Shown here: positions 7,843-17,281 of the stretch, piece by piece | Position numbering within the stretch: position 1 is the stretch's first letter | Layout: each line of letters begins with the position of its first letter | From: an uncultured Lachnospiraceae bacterium | GTDB taxonomy: Bacteria > Bacillota > Clostridia > Oscillospirales > CAG-272 | Length of the DNA stretch: 64,000 nucleotides | Direction of reading: 5' to 3' | Assembly: GCA_964498965.1 (NCBI GenBank) | Contig: CAZCJU010000001.1 | Span: 38,008-102,007, forward strand | The notes under the pieces: model-generated | The model's input: the letters and a program-made list of their open reading frames with translations, nothing else | What the model was told of the DNA's origin: nothing | Databases searched by the model: none | Position numbers and translations under genes: made by a program

Positions 7843-10800
7843 TTATGCGTTCTTCTTTTTCTTCTTTTTTCTCGAAACGATAAGCAATACGAGTGCTGTC
7901 AATGCGAGTACCGCACCGCCTATCGAGCCGTAAAGTAAGGGCTTATTCGCGTAATAGATTACCCAACGGCTTTGCGATACCGTTACCTTTGTGTATTCCG
8001 CATTATACTCGTTTGCGTGTCCGTTTCCGTCATCGGACGAGTCACAGCATATTATTCGCACTCGGTTTTCAAGCCCTTCGGGAACGGTAAACGTGACTTT
8101 TCCTCCGTTTTCGGACAAGTATGTCAAAAATTCATCGCCCGATTTTTCGAATCTTACGCTGATATCGTTTCCGTTTTCATCGCACAACGGCTCCCCGTCC
8201 GAGGTAAGCACTACGGCTTTAAAGCTGTACAATCTGCCTCCGTCGTCATTGGGTATTGCCGTTACCGTTTGTTCGCCTACACGATAGCGACCGCCGTTTT
8301 CGATTCCGCTCACGGTAACGGTCGGAGCTGTTTTATCGACGGTAAACGCCGCATTCAGTCCTTTAACGTCACTGTAAGCCGCCGCACCTGCCTTATCGGT
8401 GCTTTCCACCGTAATGCGGTATTCGCCCTCTTCGGCGAACAGATCCTTTGAGATCACATATATACGTTTGCTCCACTCGTTTTCGCTTTGCGTCAAGCTC
8501 GATATATAGTCGCTGCCCTCCGCAAGCTCTTTTCCGTTGAGCTTAACAACGTATGTGTCAACGGGGTCCGTATTGACTTCTTCTATCACCATATCCTCGT
8601 TGACGCCGTACACATAGTATTGCTCAAGCAGCTTATCCGTGCTTTTATCCGCGGTAAATGCCGATCCGTTTCTGTTTACGGAGAAATCAACTTCCTCATA
8701 TGCTATTCCGTCATCGAGGGTAAGTGTCGAGCAGGTGTTTCCCGCAAGATCCTTTACCGTGCAGACAAGGGCGTATACACCGTCGTCCGCAAGGTTTTCG
8801 AGCTTAAGCTCGTATGTATTTCCCTCCCTGACGCACTTCATATCGGCGAACGGCACGTTTTTCTTTTCATATGTTCCGTCCTTGCCGGCGACAAGTACCG
8901 TAAGGCTCGGCAAAAACGTATCACCGTTTATATTCGCATCGTCTGCCGTGATCGTAATACCGAGCTTTTCTCCTTTGTTTGCCGAATTTTGCTTCGGTCC
9001 GCTCATTTTTACGGTCGGTGCGACCGTATCCAGCGTCAGCCGCTCGGAAGTATACGATTCCATTTTGTTATCGGATCTGTCGGTATACTCGACCGTCACC
9101 GTATAATTTCCGTCATCGGTGAGTTTGAATGTGCCGTTATGTACATCGGCACTTTCGTTTTCCCACTTGACCCCGACATTTTCGCCGTTCACCTTAACGT
9201 CCACGTCTTCCGAATAGAAGTTAGCTTCGTTTATGACGAGCTTTACCTCGATATCCGACGAATAATATTTCACTCCGTCCGAAGCATACACCGGTTCGTT
9301 ATACACGACGTTCATCGTCGGTGCTATATTATCCACTATGACGCGGTGCTTGTCCGCTTTTTCCGCACTGTTTTCGGCTCGGTCATACGCCGTAAATCTT
9401 ACCGTGCCGTTGAATTGGCTTTCCGTTTTCATCGCATCCTTCGGTACGACGAAGGTTGACGAATATTTTTTACCGTCCGTTATGATATCCGCTTCCTTTA
9501 CGACGGCGTTTATCATTTCCTCGTTTACGTCGCTTACACCGGCACTCTTAACATACGAATATGCAAAGCCGTACACTCCCGAGGTTTCGTCCTCCGCACT
9601 CACCGTAACGGTCACCTCGGCGTTATAATAGCCGAATGTTATCGCTTCAAGCACTCTGTCGGTAACGCTTCTGCTGTATGTAACGGTGAGCTTTTCGGGC
9701 GGAGTCGTATCGACCGTGAATTTATCCTCGCCGTATTTCGCCGCCGCATTGCGTGCCGTATCCGAGTACGAATATCCGAATGTATAATTCGCATCGGCGG
9801 AGAAGCGTACGGTTACGGTGTGCGTATCTCCGTTTTTATTCCAGTTGGCTTCGTTCGACATATACGCCGCAAAATCCGATATTTTAACGTCGTTGCCGAG
9901 AACGTTTTTCGCCGTGACGGTCGCCGCAAAATCCGACGCACGGAAATTATGTTCCGTCACCGTCACGGTAACACTCTGTTCCTTATCGAAATATTTTCTT
10001 CCGTCGATCTCGTTCACCGCATTCGTATTGCCGTAGCGAACGCTTACGATCGGTGCGGTTTTATCGACGGTGAAAATGTCGGACTTATAATATTTCCTTG
10101 CCGTGCCGTTATCGTAAGACGATATATCGGCTTCGTTGCCGGACATATCCGTGTATTCCAGCTCCAAAACGTAATCGCCGTCTTTATCGAAGCTTATTAC
10201 GAGGCTGTGCCGATCACCGTCGCCGGACCAGTTAAAATATTTTTTCACGGCGTTTTCGTATTTGCCCAAGCTGCCCTCGGGCAGATACTCATAAACGGTT
10301 TTTCCGCCGTCGTTATTTGTTTTTGTGAGTTTTATTCCGATATTGTGTATCACGCCGTCCGACGCACGCATTCCCTCGAAGAAGCTCGCCTCGTTCACCG
10401 TGATCGTCGCTTTAATATTGCCGTTATAGTATGCATGTGTCGCTTTATCGAGCGTACTTACATCTTTTCCGCTTCCGTCCGTAAAGCGAGCTTTTGTATT
10501 TACGCTTTCCGTTTCGTATTTAATACCCACAACGGGCGAGATGCTGTCAACTACGATGATCTTCCTGTTCTTCTCGTTTTGCTCCGTGTCGTTTCCGGCT
10601 TTATCCGTCGCTTTTACGGTTATATAGCCTCTTGCCTGCGCGTCGACGGTAAACGTCGCACTCGCAACGGTTCCGTTTTCGTCGTATGTAATATCGTCCG
10701 CACCTATTCTTCCGCTTTTGCCCGAGGAATAAGTACCGCTTACGCCGTCCTGCCTTACATAGCTCCATTCGAACGAGTCAACACCCGAAATACCGTCGTT

Positions 10801-13800
10801 TGCCGTTACGGTCACGGTCACCTTATGCTTATAGAAGCCGAAGCTTACCGCTTCTGTTAATTTATCCGACAAAGAACTGCCGTATTCTATTTTAAGTCCC
10901 TCGGGTGCCGTTTTATCGACAATGACCTTTTTCCCGTAAGCCGTTCTCGTACCGTTCACCGTCAATCCGTTTCCGCTCTCGTCGGTAAAGTCAAGCAGCA
11001 GCTCGTACTCGCCCTCGTTCGACAGTGTATATTCGGCGATCCAAACTCCGTTTTCCCCGTCGTATTCCCATGTAAGAGCCGTAAATGCGTCGTTCACCTT
11101 AAAGCTCGGCTCGCTTTGACGCAGGTCGAAGTTGTCCTCTTTGATTTTGAATACGACCAGCACGTCATCCGAACCGTAGATCACGTCGCCGAGTAGCTCT
11201 TTGCCGTTTACGCTGTACTCCGTTTCGAGTATCGGCGACAGTGTATCGACGACGAGGATGCGATCCGTTTGCACGCAGTCCGAGCTTGATCCCGCCTTGT
11301 CCGTTGCGGTCATTTTCACTCTGTTTCTGAATTGTGCCGGAATATCGAAGCTGTATTCGACGCTTCCGTCCGCATTTACCGTGCAAGCATCCGCATTCAC
11401 CGTTACCTCGCCGTTGCCGATATCGTACGTCAGGTGATCTATACCCGAGGTCGCATCAAATGCTTTGAGCGTTACGGTAACGGTATCCGAACTGTATATA
11501 CCGAATGTGAGCGATTCGAGTATTCTTTCGACAAAGCCCTCCGAATACGTTATTTCGAGATTTTCGGGTGCTTTTCGGTCTATTTTTATGTTTTCGATCT
11601 CTATCGCCTGCGAGATGTTGCCGTCCTTTTTCAAATATACCGTGATATTGTTTATTCCGTCGTCACCGAGTACAAGCGACTCGGACCACTCGTTTCCGTT
11701 CAGCTTGTCCGACGTGCTTATTTCCCAGCCTTCGGGAGGGATAACGATCGCTTCTCCGACATACCATTCCGATCCGTCGTTTCTTTCGCCCGAAACGGTC
11801 GGGGTCGGTACTTCCTCCTCATTTATGTAAGAAACCGTCAGCATAAAGCTTTTTTCCAGCTCCGAATACCGTTCGTCGGCTGTTCTTTTGACCGTAACGA
11901 TAACCGAACCGACCTTGCCCTCCGAATCGACGAGCGTAATTTTTCCGTTTTCGTCGACACTTGCTCCGATATCGTTTTCTCCGACGAGATATGTATACTT
12001 TCCGTCGTTGTCCGATCTATCGTCCGTCTTGATCTCGTACTCTGTCATGCCGTATTTCAATTCCGCGTCGGACACGTAAAATTCGGGAACGGCACGCAAA
12101 ACGGTAAGCGTATATTCGACCGTGATCGCTTTATACCTATCGTCCTCCGCTTTTGTCACTCCGATCGTTATTTCGCCCGCTTTTTTCGTTAAGATTTCGC
12201 CCGTTTCGCTGTCTATTTCGGCAACATCGTCGCCCGAAACTATTTCATACGACAATTCACCGTCGCCGCTTCCGCCGCTGACGGTAAGCACGCTTTGTTT
12301 TTCATTATTGTATACGACATCTCCGGCGACGGATACGTCCGGCTTCTCCTGCTCCGCCTTTGTTACCTCAAGCGTATACTCCGCACTGCCCGCCTCATAT
12401 GTGTCGTCCGCCTCTTTTGTCACCTCTACGGTAACAAAACCGGCTTTTTTGATCGTAAGCTCACCCGTTTCGGGGTCTATATCGGCAACATCATCACCCG
12501 AGGTTATTTTGTACGTCAGCTTTCCGCTGCCGCCCGCATTCACGGGCGTGTACGTATATGTCAAGCCGTCTTTGTAAGTGACCGTCGGGTCGGGACGTTC
12601 GAATTTGAAATCGGGACTTTGATCTTTTCTTACCGCACTGACCGTATATCGTGCCGTTGCCGACTTATATTTGTCGGTTTTGGCTATCGTCGCTTCCACC
12701 GTCGCCTTGCCGGACTTTTTGAAAACAAGCGAACCCGTTTCTTCGTTTATCTCCGCAATTTCTTCGCCCGAGATCAGCTTATACGTCACCTTGCCGTCGG
12801 AGCTTTCCGAAGTTGCCTTGTTCGTGTACTCGTCACCGACAAACACGTCGTCCGGGTCCTCGTCCCCGAATTTCAGATCCGTCAATTCCTTCAGCGGTTC
12901 AACCGAATACAGCTGTGTTGCCTCGTCGTATACGGCACCGTAAATTTCGTTATCGATATACCCGCCTACGTCCGATGCGAATTTTCCGCCGATTATGCCC
13001 GTAACATTATCGACATCATCGGTCTGCGTAAGCTTACCGAACGTACCGTTTGATATATCAAGGAATATTTTGCCTTTTACCTCGTCTGTGTTTTCGAGAT
13101 GTACGTTTCCGATCTTGACGTTTTCCCCTCCGCAGATTATATATGCGTCGTTTCCGTTAAGCGGATCGACCGAGATCGCAAACGACGTTCCGGATCTGTC
13201 GGAATAGCCGTTATAAACCTCCGTGCTTCCGGAAAGTGCGAGCTTGCACCTGTTATTTACGGTGAAACGTGTTTTATCTCCCGTTTTCAGCTCCGCACCG
13301 TCAAGCGTCAGCTCACCGTCGTTTTCGATACCGTATTTAGTGCCGCAAAGCACCGTGCCGTTTTTAATGCAAAGCTTGCTGTTTTTCCTAACGCACGCAC
13401 CTGTATTTCCCGCCGTGCAAAGAGTGAGTTGTTTGCCGTTCAGCTCGAAAACCATATTTTTCGGCTCTTTTCCGTAGTAATCGCCGATATCAAGCTCCTT
13501 TTCAAGTGCGATATTATCCGCAAGACGTATCGTGACGGGCTTTTCGGGACGTTCGCCGTCACTTCCGGCGTTTGCCGCAGCTATGAGGCTTTCGAATTCG
13601 CCTGCGTCGTAAGCTCCGAAAGTACCTCCGTCTATCTCAAACTCCGTATCGACCGAGCTGTTTCCGTCCTCTATGATCCTGTCGAAGCTGCCTGCGGAAA
13701 TGTCTAACTTTACCTTGCCTTTATTGTCGCTCGTTCTCGCATATCTTTCTATCTGAACCGTGCCGACGCTTACTTCTTCGCTGTCGCAGATCAGCGACGC

Positions 13801-14457
13801 ATCGACATCGTATGTATAATACAAATTGTACGGGTCAAGCGTAACGGCGATAAAATCGTTCTTGCCTACACTCTGCTCCGTCTTGCCGTTTTCGATACTC
13901 GTTTTTCCCGAAAGCGTGAGTTTACCTCGATTGTTTACGGTGTATATCGTCATCGCACCCGACTTTAATGTAACGTTCTCAAGCGACAGCTCTCCGTAGT
14001 TTGCGATTCCGACCTTTATATGCGACGCTTCATCGTCGGGACATACCAGCGTACCGTTTTCGATATGCAGCTTGCTGTACGCCAAGACACGTATACCGTT
14101 TGTTTCCGTTCCCTTGGAACCGACGGCGGGACGAAGCGTAAGCGTATTTCCGCCGAGGTCAAGCTCTATGTTTTTTGTCACCGAGCCGTTCGCCAGTCCG
14201 ACATCGAACCCGCATTCCGTATTTGCCGTAAGTTCGATCCTCGTCGGACTGTCCGGAAGGACACGGTTCTCGCCCGACTGTGCCGCATTTATCGCTTCGG
14301 ACAGTGTTTCGTAGCTGTTATCGCCTATTTTCGCAACGCCCGTTTCCGCTTTTACGTTGACGAAAAGCACTGCCGCAGGCACCGAGCCGACGGCGATCGC
14401 CGCCGCCAGCAGTATTGCCGACAGTTTTATCGGCAGACTGTTTTTAAATTTTATCAT
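7843..14457 (-). CDS. Giant (2204 aa) secreted, C-terminally membrane-anchored, repeat-rich surface protein (putative adhesin)
   Basis: N-terminal signal peptide (KLSAILLAAAIAVGSVPAAV). Two beta-helix-like modules (GGNTLTL...NG.RV...KL.I.NGT). Four Big_2-like Ig repeats (e.g. KVTYKLISGEEIAEINEETGSLVFKKSGKATVEATI). Three ~280-aa super-repeats (LEITYSEGFVERILESLTFGIY / LKIEYGSSLSDKLTEAVSFGFY / LTVTYSRSVTDRVLEAITFGYY). C-terminal TM segment plus SRKKKKKKNA tail. ATGA overlap with the upstream gene. Confidence 0.85.
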   Translation of the reverse strand: MIKFKNSLPIKLSAILLAAAIAVGSVPAAVLFVNVKAETGVAKIGDNSYETLSEAINAAQSGENRVLPDSPTRIELTANTECGFDVGLANGSVTKNIELDLGGNTLTLRPAVGSKGTETNGIRVLAYSKLHIENGTLVCPDDEASHIKVGIANYGELSLENVTLKSGAMTIYTVNNRGKLTLSGKTSIENGKTEQSVGKNDFIAVTLDPYNLYYTYDVDASLICDSEEVSVGTVQIERYARTSDNKGKVKLDISAGSFDRIIEDGNSSVDTEFEIDGGTFGAYDAGEFESLIAAANAGSDGERPEKPVTIRLADNIALEKELDIGDYYGKEPKNMVFELNGKQLTLCTAGNTGACVRKNSKLCIKNGTVLCGTKYGIENDGELTLDGAELKTGDKTRFTVNNRCKLALSGSTEVYNGYSDRSGTSFAISVDPLNGNDAYIICGGENVKIGNVHLENTDEVKGKIFLDISNGTFGKLTQTDDVDNVTGIIGGKFASDVGGYIDNEIYGAVYDEATQLYSVEPLKELTDLKFGDEDPDDVFVGDEYTNKATSESSDGKVTYKLISGEEIAEINEETGSLVFKKSGKATVEATIAKTDKYKSATARYTVSAVRKDQSPDFKFERPDPTVTYKDGLTYTYTPVNAGGSGKLTYKITSGDDVADIDPETGELTIKKAGFVTVEVTKEADDTYEAGSAEYTLEVTKAEQEKPDVSVAGDVVYNNEKQSVLTVSGGSGDGELSYEIVSGDDVAEIDSETGEILTKKAGEITIGVTKAEDDRYKAITVEYTLTVLRAVPEFYVSDAELKYGMTEYEIKTDDRSDNDGKYTYLVGENDIGASVDENGKITLVDSEGKVGSVIVTVKRTADERYSELEKSFMLTVSYINEEEVPTPTVSGERNDGSEWYVGEAIVIPPEGWEISTSDKLNGNEWSESLVLGDDGINNITVYLKKDGNISQAIEIENIKIDRKAPENLEITYSEGFVERILESLTFGIYSSDTVTVTLKAFDATSGIDHLTYDIGNGEVTVNADACTVNADGSVEYSFDIPAQFRNRVKMTATDKAGSSSDCVQTDRILVVDTLSPILETEYSVNGKELLGDVIYGSDDVLVVFKIKEDNFDLRQSEPSFKVNDAFTALTWEYDGENGVWIAEYTLSNEGEYELLLDFTDESGNGLTVNGTRTAYGKKVIVDKTAPEGLKIEYGSSLSDKLTEAVSFGFYKHKVTVTVTANDGISGVDSFEWSYVRQDGVSGTYSSGKSGRIGADDITYDENGTVASATFTVDAQARGYITVKATDKAGNDTEQNEKNRKIIVVDSISPVVGIKYETESVNTKARFTDGSGKDVSTLDKATHAYYNGNIKATITVNEASFFEGMRASDGVIHNIGIKLTKTNNDGGKTVYEYLPEGSLGKYENAVKKYFNWSGDGDRHSLVISFDKDGDYVLELEYTDMSGNEADISSYDNGTARKYYKSDIFTVDKTAPIVSVRYGNTNAVNEIDGRKYFDKEQSVTVTVTEHNFRASDFAATVTAKNVLGNDVKISDFAAYMSNEANWNKNGDTHTVTVRFSADANYTFGYSYSDTARNAAAKYGEDKFTVDTTPPEKLTVTYSRSVTDRVLEAITFGYYNAEVTVTVSAEDETSGVYGFAYSYVKSAGVSDVNEEMINAVVKEADIITDGKKYSSTFVVPKDAMKTESQFNGTVRFTAYDRAENSAEKADKHRVIVDNIAPTMNVVYNEPVYASDGVKYYSSDIEVKLVINEANFYSEDVDVKVNGENVGVKWENESADVHNGTFKLTDDGNYTVTVEYTDRSDNKMESYTSERLTLDTVAPTVKMSGPKQNSANKGEKLGITITADDANINGDTFLPSLTVLVAGKDGTYEKKNVPFADMKCVREGNTYELKLENLADDGVYALVCTVKDLAGNTCSTLTLDDGIAYEEVDFSVNRNGSAFTADKSTDKLLEQYYVYGVNEDMVIEEVNTDPVDTYVVKLNGKELAEGSDYISSLTQSENEWSKRIYVISKDLFAEEGEYRITVESTDKAGAAAYSDVKGLNAAFTVDKTAPTVTVSGIENGGRYRVGEQTVTAIPNDDGGRLYSFKAVVLTSDGEPLCDENGNDISVRFEKSGDEFLTYLSENGGKVTFTVPEGLENRVRIICCDSSDDGNGHANEYNAEYTKVTVSQSRWVIYYANKPLLYGSIGGAVLALTALVLLIVSRKKKKKKNA

Positions 14458-15008
14458 TTTCGATCTTCCCCCTTCGTTTCGGAGCTTTTCGCACGTTCTT
14501 TTTTCATTTCGCCGAATATTTTTTCTTTATTCGTAATATAATAAAATATTTTTCCGTTCAATGTGCAGTGCATACAAAACGACAGCACGAACAACGACAG
14601 CAGAATGTAGCAGATATAGCCGGTGCCTTTCGTCAATATCAAAGCCGCAACGAAGCCCGCCAAGTTCAGTACCGCGGCGATATCGGCACACACCGCACCC
14701 GGGTTTTCGAAAAACGATATGATCCCCGGTCTTCTTTTCACTCTTGACCGCCGTATACGGTTTTCGGCGTACCACGCCTTTCTTTTATGCGACAAAACGC
14801 ATTGAACGATCGCCGTCCCGACAAGGCATGACCAAAACATGATCCCCGCCGCAAACGTGTAGACCGAAATGCCGTTCACCGCTTCCTTGCCGTCGATGGG
14901 CATGAGCGAAAAGCTTGCCGACAGTCCCGTGAAAAGCAATATCGATATTGCGAACAATATGTACTCGCTTCGCTTTCCCTTGGCTTTGTTTTTCGCTGTT
15001 CGGCTCAT
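14454..15008 (-). CDS. Small polytopic membrane protein (about 4 TM), function unknown
   Basis: 184 aa with four hydrophobic segments. ATGA start/stop overlaps with both neighbours indicate translational coupling. Confidence 0.6.
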   Translation of the reverse strand: MSRTAKNKAKGKRSEYILFAISILLFTGLSASFSLMPIDGKEAVNGISVYTFAAGIMFWSCLVGTAIVQCVLSHKRKAWYAENRIRRSRVKRRPGIISFFENPGAVCADIAAVLNLAGFVAALILTKGTGYICYILLSLFVLSFCMHCTLNGKIFYYITNKEKIFGEMKKERAKSSETKGEDRK

Positions 15009-15589
15009 TGTACCGCCTCCGCGTAGATTATCTCGTCGGTATGTATGTACGTTATCTCGTATTCTATCTCAAACACCTCCGCACACGGAGTGCCGAGTAT
15101 TGTCGTTTCGGAGGTCGGGTGAGCGTCGAGATCGAGCGTACCGACGGCAAACGAGTCAAGCAAAGTTGTTTCCGAAGCGGGGCTTTCGTCGAGATCTACG
15201 GTCGTTTTTCCGTATGCGTCGAGCAAGGTCGTTTCGTCGCTCTCGCCGTTCGGCATCGTATATGCTCCCAAGCTCTGCGTGCCTATTTTCGATGTACCTG
15301 CGGCGTGAGTCTGCGTTCCGTGCCTTTGCACGACCTCGCCCGAGGACGAGATCTTATCGGTAAGCTTACCTCTCGCCTCATTAAACGCACTGCCCTTGTA
15401 ATTTTTTTCGCCCGTTTCCTCGTTTCGGCGGCGAATGTCCTTTATCGCCTTTTTCGCCGTTGCTCCCGAAAGATCGCCCATCACCTTAGGTATTTTAAGT
15501 GCGATGAAGATTATCAGCGTTGCGGCGAGCGATATTCCGCACAGAACGGCGGAGCCGATAAATATGTATCTGTAAATTTCGTATGTCAT
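15005..15589 (-). CDS. N-terminally anchored membrane protein with a triple ETT(L/I)L repeat
   Basis: 194 aa. Single N-terminal TM (IFIGSAVLCGISLAATLIIFIAL). The C-terminus carries repeats of about 21 aa: DETTLLDAYGKTTVDLD / SETTLLDSFAVGTLDLD / SETTILGTP. GGAGGA RBS 6 nt upstream. Confidence 0.6.
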   Translation of the reverse strand: MTYEIYRYIFIGSAVLCGISLAATLIIFIALKIPKVMGDLSGATAKKAIKDIRRRNEETGEKNYKGSAFNEARGKLTDKISSSGEVVQRHGTQTHAAGTSKIGTQSLGAYTMPNGESDETTLLDAYGKTTVDLDESPASETTLLDSFAVGTLDLDAHPTSETTILGTPCAEVFEIEYEITYIHTDEIIYAEAVQ

Positions 15590-15601
15590 TTCCGTCCTCC
15601 G

Positions 15602-17269
15602 TTACGGATTGACGGATTCGGCTTTTTTCACCGTTTCCGCAATCTTCGTTTTAAGTGTGCTTATGTCTTCCTCAAGCACCGATATGTTTATTTTTTCGGC
15701 TTCCGACAGTATCAGATTCAGCAGCTGCGCAACTTCTCCCGGTTCGGTAACTTCAAGCAACGGTGCTATATCCGATTCCGCCATGTCGCTTATCTCGTTC
15801 CACACCTGAAGCTTGGCGTCCACTCCGTCGAAGCCGTCGGCTTTTTCTTTCAGCTCGCACATCATGCCCCACAACCGTTTGTATTCCTCGTACATCTTTT
15901 CCGTCTGCTTTATCTTCGAGCCGTTATATTGATTTATCAGCTCAAGACAGCTTGAAATGTCACAGTAGATCCCGGCTATCGGATACTTTTCGCGTGCTTC
16001 GGCAAACCAATTATACGCATTGGCATACCTGTCGCCGGTGCTTTTGCCGTCATAGTAGAACAAAAACGACCGACCTATCTCGTAGCACACGTCGCAATAT
16101 CCGTCGCCGTCGGATTTTTTCAGTTGTTTTAAGACTTCCCTGCTCTGCGAAAAGCCGTCGTCGTCCTTTTCGTCAAGCCCTATCCGAAGCTTGGTCAGCT
16201 GCTGTCCCTCCTCCGGTGTCAACAGAAAATCGTCCGTAAGAAATTTATTCAACTGCAAATACGCTTCCGTTTTCGTCGGGTCGGTCAGTATCGCTTCGTA
16301 ATAGTCCTCCGTCGAATCGGCGGATCTTAAAATAACCTCGTAATTTTCGCTTTTCTTGTTCTCCGAGCATATATAGCCCCAAACGGAAACGGCGGCGAGG
16401 ATAAGCGTGAGGATCGCCGTAAATATGAACAGTCCGAGCTTTCTTTTCTGCTTCTTCTTATGTATGTCGTCTATTTCCTCGTAATGCTCGAGTGCGTACA
16501 TAAGCTCCGCACACGACTGATATCTGTCCGCGGGATTTCTCTGCGTGCATTTTTGTATTATCCGCTCCAAGCCTCCCGACAATGTGGGGTTTATTTCCCT
16601 TATCGGCTTAAGCTCGTAGGGCGGTTCGCTCGGATTTCTGCCGGTCACCAAATGATACAGCGTCGTTCCCAAACAGTATATATCCGTCCTTGCATCGGTT
16701 TGTCCCATACCGCCGAATTGCTCCGGTGCGGCATATCCGACCGTGCCTAAGCAGGTCGTATCCGCCAGATTTTTTTCCTTGTACTCTCTTGCCGTACCGA
16801 AATCTATGAGCATTATGTTGCCGTCGGGTTTGAGCATTATGTTTGCCGGCTTCATGTCCCTGTATATGATCGACGGCGAACGACTGTGCAGATAGCCCAA
16901 TACGTCGCACAGCTGTTTTGCCCAGAGGATCACGGTTTCCTGAGGTTGCGCTCCGAATTCCTCCAACGTTTTGTTCAGCGAATTTCCCTGAATGTAGTCC
17001 ATTATGATGATAAACGAGTCTTCCGTGTCTATAACGTCGATAATACTCGGCAGATTCGGGTGATCCAGCTTTTTCAAAATGTCGGTTTCGGCAATAAGTC
17101 CCTGCTTGACCGATTCGAAATCAAGCACACCGTCCTTTCGTACCTCCTTGACCGCCCATTGTTTATTCGCCTTTTCGTTCATGGCGAGATAAACAACGCT
17201 CATTCCGCCTTGACCGACCTTGTTCAGTATCTTGTATTTTCCGTCGACAAGCGATCCTATTTCAAGCAT
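15602..17269 (-). CDS. Hanks-type Ser/Thr protein kinase, single-pass, with a helical extracytoplasmic domain
   Basis: 555 aa. Motifs GQGGMSVVY, WAVKEV, YRDMKPANIML, DFGTA and GTVGYAAPEQ. One TM segment (LGLFIFTAILTLILAAVSVWGYI), then ~230 aa of helical-repeat-like sequence. No PASTA repeats recognised. Confidence 0.9.
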   Translation of the reverse strand: MLEIGSLVDGKYKILNKVGQGGMSVVYLAMNEKANKQWAVKEVRKDGVLDFESVKQGLIAETDILKKLDHPNLPSIIDVIDTEDSFIIIMDYIQGNSLNKTLEEFGAQPQETVILWAKQLCDVLGYLHSRSPSIIYRDMKPANIMLKPDGNIMLIDFGTAREYKEKNLADTTCLGTVGYAAPEQFGGMGQTDARTDIYCLGTTLYHLVTGRNPSEPPYELKPIREINPTLSGGLERIIQKCTQRNPADRYQSCAELMYALEHYEEIDDIHKKKQKRKLGLFIFTAILTLILAAVSVWGYICSENKKSENYEVILRSADSTEDYYEAILTDPTKTEAYLQLNKFLTDDFLLTPEEGQQLTKLRIGLDEKDDDGFSQSREVLKQLKKSDGDGYCDVCYEIGRSFLFYYDGKSTGDRYANAYNWFAEAREKYPIAGIYCDISSCLELINQYNGSKIKQTEKMYEEYKRLWGMMCELKEKADGFDGVDAKLQVWNEISDMAESDIAPLLEVTEPGEVAQLLNLILSEAEKINISVLEEDISTLKTKIAETVKKAESVNP

Positions 17270-17281
17270 TACCCATCCCCC

